This document shows, one piece after another, positions 23,039 to 34,390 of a stretch of 64,000 bases of DNA (its first letter is position 1; each line of letters starts with the position of its first letter). The position numbers were made by a program, and so were the translations under genes. The notes beneath the pieces are model-generated. The model was given only the letters and a program-made list of their open reading frames with translations, had not been told where the DNA came from and did not search any database. Source of the DNA: Albugo candida (Eukaryota); the NCBI GenBank assembly GCA_040437565.1, contig JBDOQK010000008.1, positions 558,001 through 622,000 on the forward strand. The letters are read 5' to 3'.

Positions 23039-24642
23039 TTAAAACCACTCGACGGTGCTGGAGGTATCGAATCTTTCCTTCCGTAACCATCGACATTGTA
23101 TGTATCCGTATATAAGTCCAGGGGTGATTAGTGCAAGTGTCACATTTGCAGTCCATCTTGATGATAATGCGGTGTACAGCATAAAAGCTAGGACTGCAAG
23201 TTGCGGTATAGAAATCAAAACAAGCACAAAAATGTTCCCAGGCACCTTGTAAGGCCGAAGGACGATCGGAGCCGTTTGACGTAGCCGAATGGCGGCACAG
23301 ATGACGAGAATCTGAGTCGTGCATGTAAATGTGTTCATGACTGTAAATACTCTCATCGATTCTATCGGAAGGAATGGGCAAATGCACAGAATTGCAGAAA
23401 CCAGCGCTAAAATTGGTGCCTGCGTGAGCCGACTTTTGTTTGCAAAGATGGAAAGAAAAAGTTGATTTTCAGCCATCCCACAAAGCAAATATGTTTGTGA
23501 AAGTAAACGACCCATGATTTGGCCGCAATTTGTGCAAACAGACAAACAAAACGCGATAAGTCGTAAAGGGGTTGCCCCGATGCTTGAAGCGATGTCAGAA
23601 AATGCGACTGTGACGTATTCGGACCAATGCCATCGAGAGCTGATTGCGATTGCCATCGCCGGAACGGTGTAAATAATCATGCTCGCAACGAATGTGATCG
23701 AAATGGCTTTTGGGAATGTTTTTCCCGGATGCAAAACACCGCTTCCAATGACCGAAATGGACTGGAAACCATTATAATTTTCCAGCAAGATTTCCAATAA
23801 TGGCTTCCATTCAATGTCGTAATCTCCATATTGCATAAAACGACCTGATGTCGAGTCTATCGACCTATGCTGAAGCCGACTCTCTGTCAGTCTTTCGGGA
23901 TATTTGACGGAAGAAAATGCCCAAATAACATAGATAAAAAGTGATGCGAGGATAAGAATCAAGATATGAACAGCTATACCAGCAACGTGTCGCAATTTCA
24001 GCGCTACAGGCGCACCTGAAGCAACAACAAATAAAATTCTATATGCAAATGAAGTTGTGCTGCCCAACGGTGCGAGATGGAATGTTGCAAGAAGACTATG
24101 CAAGAAGAACCGACTCATAAATACCACTTTTAGCGTGTCGGCGATCCAGGCGCAATATCCTATCTGAAAACCCCAAAAAGGCCCAAAAGCATTGAGAACC
24201 CATACGGTGAACCCTCCATCGTCTGGAAAAGCGGAGCATAATTCCATGACCATATAACTGTATGGAAGGGCAAGCGTAAGCCCAAAGACTGGGGACCCAA
24301 AGACTGGGGAAGCAATCCAAGTGACCATGGGACCCGCAAACCCCATTATTCGAATGGTTCCATTTATACCGCTGCAGACTTGAAGAAATGTAAGTGCTGT
24401 CACCGGTACAGTCCCGAGTACGCGTCGGCTGTAGCGGTTGTGCGGAGCAATAGGTGGGAGGCTTTGAATTCCATACGGACGAATGGATTCTGATCTCTGA
24501 GAATCACATTCGCTCAAAATGCTATGGAGCAAACACGAGAATTAAATGAGCTAGTTGTCCAATGCCGTCTCGTGTGAGGGCACGGAACGTACAAGAATGA
24601 AGGCTCACTAGTAACAGTCTCGTGAATAGATGACGACTTCAT
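23039..24642 (-). CDS. APC-superfamily amino acid/polyamine permease (PUT/RMV1/LAT-like), 2 exons
   Basis: ELCSAFPDDGGFTVWVLNAFGPFWGFQIG, PGKTFPKA, RLRQTAPIVLRPYKVPG and many TM helices; short first exon MKSSSIHETVTSEPSF. Confidence 0.85.
24281..24310. repeat. In-frame 15-bp perfect tandem duplication (SPVFG SPVFG) in the permease
   Basis: cccaaagactgggga x2. Confidence 0.9.
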
Positions 24643-25571
24643 TGCCGCAATGTAAAACTTCTCGGCTCTGACTCACTACTTGGGTTTCACTCCGTGCGTT
24701 ATATATTTGACTCAATTTTGCGCGTAGCCTGCTTATTCGCACCAGTTCCATTTATAAATCTGGTATTGGTTTCGATACTATGCTTCCGATTACATCACTA
24801 CACTCGACGCTTACTTTAATAGAAGGTTCTTTAACGGCTTGACTTGCATGCGACACACATGCGAGCGCGGCAGTTTTGTCAATGATACATTGTGAAACAG
24901 AACGGGAAAAAATTAATTTATATTATAAATAAGTGACACGGACAGAATTCATACTCAGTGTCAACTGTCCAACGGAGACAATTTCGTTTGCACCAGCAAA
25001 CGTATTCGTGTCTATTACACTCAAATGCGTCAGATGGAATTGAGAAAGGACGCTTAGATGGAACCTGCATACGCGAGGACACAAACTTTTGTCCCATTAC
25101 GTCACTTAAACAAAACACACGCACAAATTGTTTTCGGAATAATTCATCATCAGAATTTAGCAGTGTACGACACACGACAATCATGCCCGCATGCAACGCT
25201 GATTTTTTAAGAGCCAATTAGCGGTTCAATTCACTTGTCTCACCTTCACTCTGATCAGAAAAGAGGCAGAGTACCGTATATGAAAAAATCGTTCCCTAAC
25301 AACTCCCTACCCCGTCCCTTACCACTGCTTATTCCGTTCTTCTGACACTCAAAAACGTGCGCACTGTCTGCGCAAGTTTAACCAATCTTATGCTAATAAG
25401 AAACAAGTCAATTTCTCTGCTGTGGTGGAGAATTCTGTTAGTATAAGGTCCGATATCTGTATCAGTTGTAAAGCACCTCGATTAAATCTAACCAGAGCAT
25501 AAACGATAGTGCGCGAGTCTGATTTTTGAGTGTAACGTCAACTGTTGTAGAAATCATTTACGTTTGCTTCG

Positions 25572-27329
25572 ATGGAGCCAGATCAAAAAGAGACAATGGT
25601 TGCTCGGTCTACTCAAAGCACGCATGCACATGATGACATACCACTGCTCCATAGTGCGAATATAAAGCACGCATCTCTTCCAATACATCAATTGGATTCT
25701 GTTGAGATAACAGAGACACAAAAACGGCTTTACAAAGAGGAAGCTCGGAATACTTTGGAGCAGGCAATTCATGGGTTTCGTCAATTCGAGCAGAAGGACT
25801 CAGAAGTGCTTGAAAGTTGGAAGCATATGCGACGAAAGCATGATGTCGATATCTACCGTCTTCGTCGTACGAGACGAAAAGCTCCTCCGGTTTTAGTTGC
25901 ACACGGGAGCGCACTGGGGAACATGGACGATCTGATTTACGCAGAGTACACGGACACCACCGCGCAATTTCAGCATAAAAATGCGTTTGTGAGTCCCGAG
26001 TCGATGCATGATAGTAAAGTTCTGTGCAACATCGAAACAAGAGAAGACACGCAAAGTAACAATAATGTGTATCGATATTTGGGTATCAAGTGGGCACTCA
26101 GTCGCGCTTTCTTGCCTGGAATGAATTGGATTGTGAAAGCTCGTGATTGGTTATTTTGGGAAGCAGTGGGTGTCACGATCGTACCAGATTTTATGAATAA
26201 GCAAAATGCCCCAATCCGCGTCGGTTACCACATAATGCGGCCGTGTGAGTTAAGGAGTGTCCCACCGTTTCCTACTGCAATGCGGGGACGCTTAGGACTC
26301 GTTAATATTTATTATCAGAGTTCTCCTGGCGTCATTCGAGTGTATAGTCAAGCATCTATCGATTTCGCGGGGGAGGTTGCGAGCGAGCAGTTTGCAGTAG
26401 GGATGACCATGGCTTCTGTGACGCGAGTGTTTGCTGCATTACAATATGCGGAAACTTTGAAACTCACAACATTTTCCAATGATGTCGTAAACCTTCATCC
26501 AAGCCCAATAGATACACGTACCAATCGTGCCGAATCATGGAATCCGGCACAGTGCACCTTGTGCCAACGGGAAGTTGGTACAGCATTACAGAAACTCACA
26601 AAAAGTATCAAAGCGTGTGGAATATGTGGATCACTTGTTTGTGCCAAATGCCGGGTACATAAGAAAATCCTTACTGCACATGGAAAAGAATCCATTCGAT
26701 GCTGCCAACAATGTCTCTTGTCATCAAAAATGGTCGTGGCTTGTTCGGAATCCAGTCAAAGTTCGACTTTCTGGGAACCCTCTGGAAGCTTCTCATCGGT
26801 ATCAGCGTCTGCTCGCATTCGCGCTAACTCCAGTCAATGTGTCGGATCAGACCCGGTGGAGGAAAATCATCGATCTCAGCGCTCACCTTCGGATGCAGGA
26901 ATCGGGCTCAAGATTCCCACTCAACGACAAAATCTAGGTCCCGATGACAGGAATGGAGATTCTCAAAGTTTGTCACAAAGCGTGGATGTTTTTTCCTCAG
27001 AGCTGCCAACTGCCAATAAATTGGATGATCGAGCTGTCGTGGCTCATACACTTTCGACCACTTCATGCAAGAGTTTATCGGACTTGCAAAAACTTCGAAA
27101 GGAGTTACGAACATCATCAATAAATGAAGGCAGTCAGACCAGCGTAGAAACCTGTGAAGAGGAGTGGGAAACTATCGTTCCATATAATTCCGTGAATCCT
27201 GTTGTCGATACGGGTGTCAATGTCTCGCCTTATCAAGTGCACTTGTATGAGAAAATGATTGCGCTTCAGCATGCGGCTGAGACTGCGTACAAGCTTACAC
27301 AGGCCACTCAGGATAAGATGAAGTATTAG
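25572..27329 (+). CDS. START-like lipid-binding domain + degenerate FYVE zinc-finger protein (oomycete-expanded family)
   Basis: WKH...DIY..., YLGIKW, KARDWLFWEAVG, GYHIM START-like region; CxxC...CGICGSLVCAKC...CQQC finger; C-terminal helix LYEKMIALQHAAETAYKLTQ. Confidence 0.75.
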   Translation: MEPDQKETMVARSTQSTHAHDDIPLLHSANIKHASLPIHQLDSVEITETQKRLYKEEARNTLEQAIHGFRQFEQKDSEVLESWKHMRRKHDVDIYRLRRTRRKAPPVLVAHGSALGNMDDLIYAEYTDTTAQFQHKNAFVSPESMHDSKVLCNIETREDTQSNNNVYRYLGIKWALSRAFLPGMNWIVKARDWLFWEAVGVTIVPDFMNKQNAPIRVGYHIMRPCELRSVPPFPTAMRGRLGLVNIYYQSSPGVIRVYSQASIDFAGEVASEQFAVGMTMASVTRVFAALQYAETLKLTTFSNDVVNLHPSPIDTRTNRAESWNPAQCTLCQREVGTALQKLTKSIKACGICGSLVCAKCRVHKKILTAHGKESIRCCQQCLLSSKMVVACSESSQSSTFWEPSGSFSSVSASARIRANSSQCVGSDPVEENHRSQRSPSDAGIGLKIPTQRQNLGPDDRNGDSQSLSQSVDVFSSELPTANKLDDRAVVAHTLSTTSCKSLSDLQKLRKELRTSSINEGSQTSVETCEEEWETIVPYNSVNPVVDTGVNVSPYQVHLYEKMIALQHAAETAYKLTQATQDKMKY

Positions 27330-27877
27330 ATTTCGCTCGCTCTGAAGCTTCTATTTTACTCTGTTAATTTAAGCCATCACCTTAGAATAGTGTCATTAGA
27401 TCTTTGTATTTTATATAACTTGGTTAAAATGGAATTTTTTTGGGATTGACTCTAATTAGTAACAGAGTCGAGTATCGGCAATGATAGTTGAAAACGCTAT
27501 TGTCTTGTGTCCCACTTTTGTCACGTTCAAATCCTATCAATTTCTAACGTCACAAGCAAAAATCTCTTTTTTGGTCGCATGCAGAGGCATACAGAGATAT
27601 GACCGAATTACTCTAAAACACGCAATGGTCTGAGATACCATAATCAAAGAAAAATGTAACATTAATGCGTACACTGCGTCGAAAAGACTAATCTCGATTT
27701 TCGCGGTATAAATTCTATGTGTGAATCCCGCATCAAATAAAGCATAGACAGGTGTGCAGACTGATTCCGATTATGTAACTCGGCAGGGCGTTTTTAATGC
27801 TTTCGATCTCGTAAGTGTGTATATCTCAACACTGGTGTTTCGAGTGATTTTGCACGCGACGTAGCAAGAGCTCAAAA

Positions 27878-28960
27878 TTAAATTTCAGAATGAGCTGACA
27901 CTCGTTTAAGATTCGCCCGAAGCAGTGTCCAAATGCGACACTTTTTCAATGCGTTCGCAAGCGGAGTCTCTTTTTTGAGCGCTTGCATCCATATATGCGC
28001 TATCTCGCGTATTTCCTGTACGCTTGAAGTTCTTGATACGTTATCGCACTTTTCTAGTAAAAGTGCGTATTCTTTGCGCAACATCAAATGTAGGATCTGA
28101 TTTGCAAAAATTTTTGATTCAAGTACGTGTGGGATGGACCATTGCATCAAACCTTTCGCTGTCTTTTGAGCCTCCCAATAATCGCGTTCTGCAGAGTCGA
28201 ATTCAGCCAATAAACTCCACAAATCGCCTCGAAGGACCAAAGCTTCTACAAGCATGATTTGTGAACCACCACGGAGTTGATGCTCCACAGCATCATTACA
28301 TACTTCAATCGCACTTTGTCGAATCGATGGTTCATTTTTTGCCTTTGCCAGTTGCAGTATGCTATCACTGCAGGATATCGCCATTCGATGTGCAAGTTCA
28401 TCAGTAGATAGAGGATCTGGGCTGTTGGATTTTGTAATTTCGGGAGACTCTAAAGGTTGGACTTGCGGAGAATTGCTTATCCAGTTGTACCTTTTATAAA
28501 CTTGTGAAACATAACAGCACATAATGACCAAGAGGATCAGTCGGTAGTAAAATTGCAAGTTTCTTTCTTTTTGATATTGCTTGGTGATTTGCGGATGGGC
28601 TAATGAATCAATACAGCAGCCGTACGTTTTGATCCACGCCTGATTAGCAGCATGATACCGAGCAACCCATCGCTGCTTATCAGAAAGTGACGACCAAAAT
28701 CGTGTGTCTTCTGATCCAAAACGAACTTTACTAGCTTTTCCATTCGAAAGCTTCATTTCAGTGTTGGTGGATTTCGTGTTTCCATACATAGGCGTTACTT
28801 TTCGCATATCAGGACATATGTTGAAATCAAAAGTAGTGTCATCTTCGCTTTCCAGAGGTTCGGAGTTGACACTTTCATCCTGGGAGGGATAATAATCACT
28901 ATCTTCATCACTCTGAGTATCCGAATCCTCTGGATGAAATGTCTGGTTATGTGCCTCCAT
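27878..28960 (-). CDS. Hypothetical single-pass membrane protein with a TPR-like helical C-terminus
   Basis: 360-aa ORF; acidic N-terminus, TM segment YYRLILLVIMCCYV, TPR-like EALVLRGDLWSLLAEFDSAERDYWEA. Confidence 0.6.
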   Translation of the reverse strand: MEAHNQTFHPEDSDTQSDEDSDYYPSQDESVNSEPLESEDDTTFDFNICPDMRKVTPMYGNTKSTNTEMKLSNGKASKVRFGSEDTRFWSSLSDKQRWVARYHAANQAWIKTYGCCIDSLAHPQITKQYQKERNLQFYYRLILLVIMCCYVSQVYKRYNWISNSPQVQPLESPEITKSNSPDPLSTDELAHRMAISCSDSILQLAKAKNEPSIRQSAIEVCNDAVEHQLRGGSQIMLVEALVLRGDLWSLLAEFDSAERDYWEAQKTAKGLMQWSIPHVLESKIFANQILHLMLRKEYALLLEKCDNVSRTSSVQEIREIAHIWMQALKKETPLANALKKCRIWTLLRANLKRVSAHSEI

Positions 28961-29485
28961 CTATCCAAGACAATTATGTGGGCACACTATAGCAGTGATA
29001 AGTATACGCATACTTATTACTTGGCGGTTGCTCGTACATCAAATTATGTCGTGCTTCAATCGGATCAGAATGTTGAAGGATTTGCTGCAGAACAAAGAGA
29101 TCAACACATATCGTTGCTGTTTGGTGAGTAGTTATGTATGAACAAAACGATCTTCCCCACACGGTAACTAGAGATTACCTAATAAAAAAAGGTTGCATCT
29201 GAAAATGTTGAATAGAACATGGTCATGTGCGGAATCAAATTCAGAATTTTTTTGTATAATATTCTAGAACACAACGTTAATGAATGCGGTGGAAATACAT
29301 CAAATACGAGATAGTTGTATGACAGACATGTACGTGAAGCATATGTATATCATTGTATAGGGAAAGTGCCTTCTAGCCCTATAGTGCAGCCAAGGGTTGA
29401 TGTCACGAATCGATGTAATGTGTTGACTGATACCGATTGCCCTATTATACCCCACAAATATTCCATTGAATTCCAAACTCGAAAC

Positions 29486-30424
29486 TCACTGACGTTTCAA
29501 ACTGACAGATGCACGACACTCTGGACACGTGGCGCTTTGTCGAAACCATGACATGATGCAATTCTCATGGAATATATGCCCACACGGACTTCGAACGGAA
29601 TGAGATCGTTCTCTCATGTAAATAACAGCGGATGGAAGAGGCTTCTTGCATGGATCATTCCTATCTTTTTCCTTGACAAATGCTGTAGTGGATTCAATAG
29701 AGAGCAAACTTTCCAAGCAAATGCTGCATTGTTGATCCATATATCTAGGTAGTAACACCTCGATGTCTTCTAAGCTCATAATAGCGCTCGTATAAGCGTA
29801 GCTTGCCTCCAGAATTTTAGTCTCTGGAACCGCAAGGAATTCACATACGAGCATATGCAATTGCCTGATTTCACCATTGATTTGTCTCAAAAGAACGTGC
29901 GTCTCAACAGCGATGGATGGTAGAATAAGTTCCATCGAGTTCCATAACTCTGCTATAAATCCTTCAAAATAGCATCGATTCTGGTTCATCACATAGCAGT
30001 TATCATGTACCACAAACGCCGAGTTGAGATTAGTAAAGTGATTCATCACCGCATATAATGCCCTTACAAACGCTCCATAGGGAGTAAACATTTGATAATG
30101 CCCAACAAGTATCTCACGAATTGCAGGCGAATTTAAAATGCTCCTAGCAATTGTGATGAACTGATGAAACTTTACATGACTGACCACAATACTCCAGGAT
30201 AAATGTGATTTACCAGACAAATGAGTCTCAGAAACCGTGTGTCCGACTGGGTGAACTACAATGTTCATCACAACTCTGTACAAAATATTCTGTCCAACGC
30301 ATAGGATCCGAGCATAAGGATGAAACTTGGACGTGGTTGGCAATCGTTCCTTACTAACCCGTTGCATTCGACGCTCAGTGGCCAATCCACTGAGCGCACT
30401 CGAGCTAATTTCATTAAGTAACAT
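29486..30424 (-). CDS. RING-H2 finger protein (putative E3 ubiquitin ligase)
   Basis: C-terminal CSIC...PCGHIFHENCIMSWF...TCPECR. Confidence 0.85.
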   Translation of the reverse strand: MLLNEISSSALSGLATERRMQRVSKERLPTTSKFHPYARILCVGQNILYRVVMNIVVHPVGHTVSETHLSGKSHLSWSIVVSHVKFHQFITIARSILNSPAIREILVGHYQMFTPYGAFVRALYAVMNHFTNLNSAFVVHDNCYVMNQNRCYFEGFIAELWNSMELILPSIAVETHVLLRQINGEIRQLHMLVCEFLAVPETKILEASYAYTSAIMSLEDIEVLLPRYMDQQCSICLESLLSIESTTAFVKEKDRNDPCKKPLPSAVIYMRERSHSVRSPCGHIFHENCIMSWFRQSATCPECRASVSLKRQ

Positions 30425-31418
30425 GAAGCGATTGTTTGGATGAGAATGAACGATCAGGTGTGCCTTTTAGCTTCGATATTGACTTTAGCTGCTGGAGGAA
30501 AATCGTAAAATGAACTTTGATCAAAAGTCTTCTACTGAGATAGTTGTCTAGGGTTACATGTTGCAGCAGGATGAAAGATGTGTGTAAAGGAGCGATGTGT
30601 GTACGTGTACAAAATATCTCCATACTGTACAACTTTTTTCTTAGCAGAATAAACAGCAAATGATGAAAAGTATAAGGCAAACATGTGATCTTAGAACATA
30701 GCATTACTCTTGTAATGGCTCAGATGTGACCACTAGCGACCTGCAATGACATAATTCCGCACACTCTTTTGGAAGCATGGAGCTTAATCAACCGTTTTAT
30801 TCAAGGGACACATTCAATCTTGTACTTTTTTCAACAGACACAAAAGCAACTCGTGGAAATTTAATTACGGGAGCTAGCCCTAACCAGACACTCCAGTCCC
30901 AATAAAGTCATTCAGATTCTGAATGAATGTCGAAAGCTACTCGGACATTAAGATTTACGGATCTGAGAGTGGTTGCAAGGCATTGTACATTCGCATTGCA
31001 CGAAAGTGAACTCGCCCAATGAAAAACTCAACTTTCTTGCATTTTTTATTTAGCCAGCTCGCGCACACTCGAAATCATAAGTAATGATCAGAGCTCATAA
31101 AAGCAGCAATCGCATACACGAACGGAATCGTTGATACCAAACTCGGGANNNNNNNNNNNNNNNNNNNNNNNNNNNNNNNNNNNNNNNNNNNNNNNNNNNN
31201 NNNNNNNNNNNNNNNNNNNNNNNNNNNNNNNNNNNNNNNNNNNNNNNNTCTGAATGAATGTCGAAAGCTACTCGGACATTAAGATTTACGGATCTGAGAG
31301 TGGTTGCAAGGCATTGTACATTCGCATTGCACGAAAGTGAACTCGCCCAATGAAAAACTCAACTTTCTTGCATTTTTTATTTAGCCAGCTCGCGCACACT
31401 CGAAATCATAAGGAATGA

Positions 31419-33977
31419 TCAGAGCTCATAAAAGCAGCAATCGCATACACGAACGGAATCGTTGATACCAAACTCGGGAATCGACTTCCGTTTGCTTGAG
31501 CAACCGTCACAGACAAGTGCACCACACCGCTGACAATTGTGTTGATCTCGATTTTGTTGCGCCTCACTGGACGATGTCGAGTTCCAGGTGAATGGTGCGT
31601 CACAACACATACACCTTGTCTTCGTACCGAATGGGACCCATTCAGGTAATTTTGGATCAATACGTCGACTATCGCGTACAATTCGTAATGCTGATAGATA
31701 ATTGCGACCCAAATGATCACTAAGCATGTTTTGAAACACGGGTATGTGACTGAGTGCCCAGCATTGACGATCAACGAGAACAGCCTCGTAGATACCCCTA
31801 CAAAAATAGATATGGATCACATTTCCCGGAATGTATAATTCTTTTGGATCGACTTGTAATACATTGTGCAGTTCTTCCTCCACTTTCTTTTCATCTTTCA
31901 GTGCTGCAACGGTGCTTGATGGCGATACGCTTGCGTTCTCGAACTCGTCGATCAGATTGTTCCTTGTCAACGACCATTCAATCGATCGTCCTTTATCTAG
32001 TTTCTCCGAATCGGTTTGCACCTGATCTGACAAAGAGTTGTTTGTGACTGCAGTTACCCGACCGCGCTGCTGAGCTGCTTGTGCTTGTGCCCATGCCCTT
32101 CTTCGTGGAGCCCATAATGTCTTCACGCGATCTTTTATCGCCTCCAGATCCTCGGAGGCTGAATCTCGCCAGCATCCGCTAAACTCTTTCAACTTCTCAA
32201 CAAGTTTGATGATATTGGACGCTTTTGCTCGTGGAACAAAATCATCTCGCAATACGATGGAATGCACGAATGTCACAGAACTATTTGCGATGTGAAGATT
32301 CACACAAGCCGGTACTGCATATGCAAAACACTCCAGGTCCTTAAACTCCTTTTGCAACATCACAGCCAACAGCGCAGCACATCCAGCGCCGAGTGAATGA
32401 CCCGAGAGCACCAACTTGTAACCCTTTTGATGTAAAATTCGCAACGATGGCACAATGCGTTCTCTGATCCAAAGCGCAGCATTTAACATCCCATTATGCG
32501 CAAAAGAATCCACAAATCCACGAGGCTTACAAGTGCTGTCGTCTTCCATCGATTCTTCAGTACACGATCCTTGCTCGACACTTTCCAACTTGAAGTCCTC
32601 GGGATGTGCCTGGATATCGGTCAAAAGATCTTGCACAGATTTAGACCCACGAATAAGAACCACAGCCACATTCTGTTCTTTATTTCCGACCAACGCGAAG
32701 GATGGGTGGCGTACATCTTGATCCTGAATGTGAGCATATATCAAGGAAAACTTTTGCAGGCGACAGAGACGCTGGATATCCATCACATCCGTCTCATATA
32801 TTGCATGCAGCGCCAGCGGTGCATAACGAAGCAGATGATGGAGTAGTTCGTCGGAAACATGGGGACAATCAGCATGCGCTTGCTTCTCAGCATCGGGATT
32901 GGCTCCACGATCTCCACGATTCATGGCCATGAAATAGTACGTTCCAAGTGCCGCGTCTTGGAATCCCAAATCATCAATATCGCCAATCAATCCTTTTAGA
33001 GTTGCAAACGATTGCAAAAACTCATTACGTAAAATGAAACCCAACAAGCCCGCGCGTCCATGCTTACGAACAAAATCGGCACTCACAACAGCAAATTTTG
33101 CCGTCGCACCAATTGGTGCAGCTTTAGCGGCTGCCAACGCTCCACCAGCTGCTCGCCACAACTTGTCTAACGTCGTGTCCTGCTGATTACTAGTGTACGG
33201 TATCAATTCACCATGAAGGAAATCTTCTACGCGTTGACAGCGCCATTGTGTGTGCTCCTGATCTACTTTTTTATCCAACAAAAGCGCGCAATTTTTGCAT
33301 ACTCTAGATGCTACCGTTTGGTTGAAAACTTTCAACACCCTCGTCTCCGGCAAATCGTCACGACAAAAAGAAGCATTACAGTGTCCGCATTGGTACTGAA
33401 ATCGATGTATCCCGAAATTTAGCTTGCAAGCCTGACACGACTTTGATACGACAGCTTCTGGAGGTGATACAAGTCTCTGATCAGCTTTTTCGCAGCATCT
33501 TACAAGAGATCGTTCCGTATCAGACAAATGGGAAAAGCGGATTGATAACGGAGAGGATGCTTTTGATGCGGCAGTATTCATGGAAACGGAAAGTCTTGAC
33601 ACCGCTGGAGTATCTGAATGCAATGCCGCTGAAGTGACGGCATGAGCGCTATCAAAAGCAAGCATGGAGACCTCGCGTATTGATTGGCCGGCGATTCCAA
33701 GAACTGATCCTGGAAGAGAAAAAGCGGATTTCAGAAATCCTTTTCCTGGTAAATCTCCCTTTAATGTCGCGGACGGATTTTCCGTACTCGTCGGCATGGA
33801 ATCGTTGAGTTTTATTGTATCCGCATTCTTCATGGATTCACATTTCTCATCGTTTCTTGGGACGGTGATTGATGAAGAAATCTTCATGTCTGTTTTCTCG
33901 TCTTGACCTTGATATCCTATTGTATCCTTGAGTTGTCCTATCCAAACGCGACTCCGCACGACCGAATTATTCTTCAT
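31419..33977 (-). CDS. FYVE - class 3 lipase (DAG-lipase-like) - FYVE protein
   Basis: IRGSKSVQDLLTD, AHNGML, GHSLGAG nucleophile elbow, DDFVPR, IPGNVIH, MLSDHL; two Cys-rich FYVE-like fingers at the N- and C-termini. Confidence 0.9.
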   Translation of the reverse strand: MKNNSVVRSRVWIGQLKDTIGYQGQDEKTDMKISSSITVPRNDEKCESMKNADTIKLNDSMPTSTENPSATLKGDLPGKGFLKSAFSLPGSVLGIAGQSIREVSMLAFDSAHAVTSAALHSDTPAVSRLSVSMNTAASKASSPLSIRFSHLSDTERSLVRCCEKADQRLVSPPEAVVSKSCQACKLNFGIHRFQYQCGHCNASFCRDDLPETRVLKVFNQTVASRVCKNCALLLDKKVDQEHTQWRCQRVEDFLHGELIPYTSNQQDTTLDKLWRAAGGALAAAKAAPIGATAKFAVVSADFVRKHGRAGLLGFILRNEFLQSFATLKGLIGDIDDLGFQDAALGTYYFMAMNRGDRGANPDAEKQAHADCPHVSDELLHHLLRYAPLALHAIYETDVMDIQRLCRLQKFSLIYAHIQDQDVRHPSFALVGNKEQNVAVVLIRGSKSVQDLLTDIQAHPEDFKLESVEQGSCTEESMEDDSTCKPRGFVDSFAHNGMLNAALWIRERIVPSLRILHQKGYKLVLSGHSLGAGCAALLAVMLQKEFKDLECFAYAVPACVNLHIANSSVTFVHSIVLRDDFVPRAKASNIIKLVEKLKEFSGCWRDSASEDLEAIKDRVKTLWAPRRRAWAQAQAAQQRGRVTAVTNNSLSDQVQTDSEKLDKGRSIEWSLTRNNLIDEFENASVSPSSTVAALKDEKKVEEELHNVLQVDPKELYIPGNVIHIYFCRGIYEAVLVDRQCWALSHIPVFQNMLSDHLGRNYLSALRIVRDSRRIDPKLPEWVPFGTKTRCMCCDAPFTWNSTSSSEAQQNRDQHNCQRCGALVCDGCSSKRKSIPEFGINDSVRVCDCCFYEL

Positions 33978-34390
33978 TTCAGCAAAAGGATCCGTAAATG
34001 ATGCACTGTAGAGCCAGCCTTCTTCGTCGTAGTCTTCGGACTTGAAAATGTGCCAGTCATAATCAGGAAAATTATCTGGTGCTTTAGTTGCTGCCCGCTC
34101 CGACGTGCTCCATTGAGGCGGATCCTTCGCAGAAAGACGAGAAGACCAGCCCTATACATACAAGAATGAAAAAATGAATAAGGAGATATTTGTACTCGAT
34201 ACCAAGATTGGGTACCATCGCTGATTCTCAATTATTTCCATCTCGACAAGTTTGGAAGAGTATGTTCATGAGACATGGAAAACAGACAGCACAAGTCAAA
34301 GGGCTTTTATTAGCACAATTACTATAGGAAGCACGATACATTCACTACACATCAAAAATTACAACAAATGCCAAAAAAACAGCGCCACAT

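Noticed and set aside
24918..25221. Overlapping 87-99 aa Cys-containing ORFs between the permease and START-FYVE genes
   Set aside because: Non-ATG starts, no motifs and no convincing splice structure.
27420..27475. Sm-site-like AATTTTTTTGG followed by a small hairpin (possible snRNA)
   Set aside because: The upstream sequence matches no U1/U2/U4/U5/U11/U12 hallmark I could recognise, and it lies in a likely 3' UTR.
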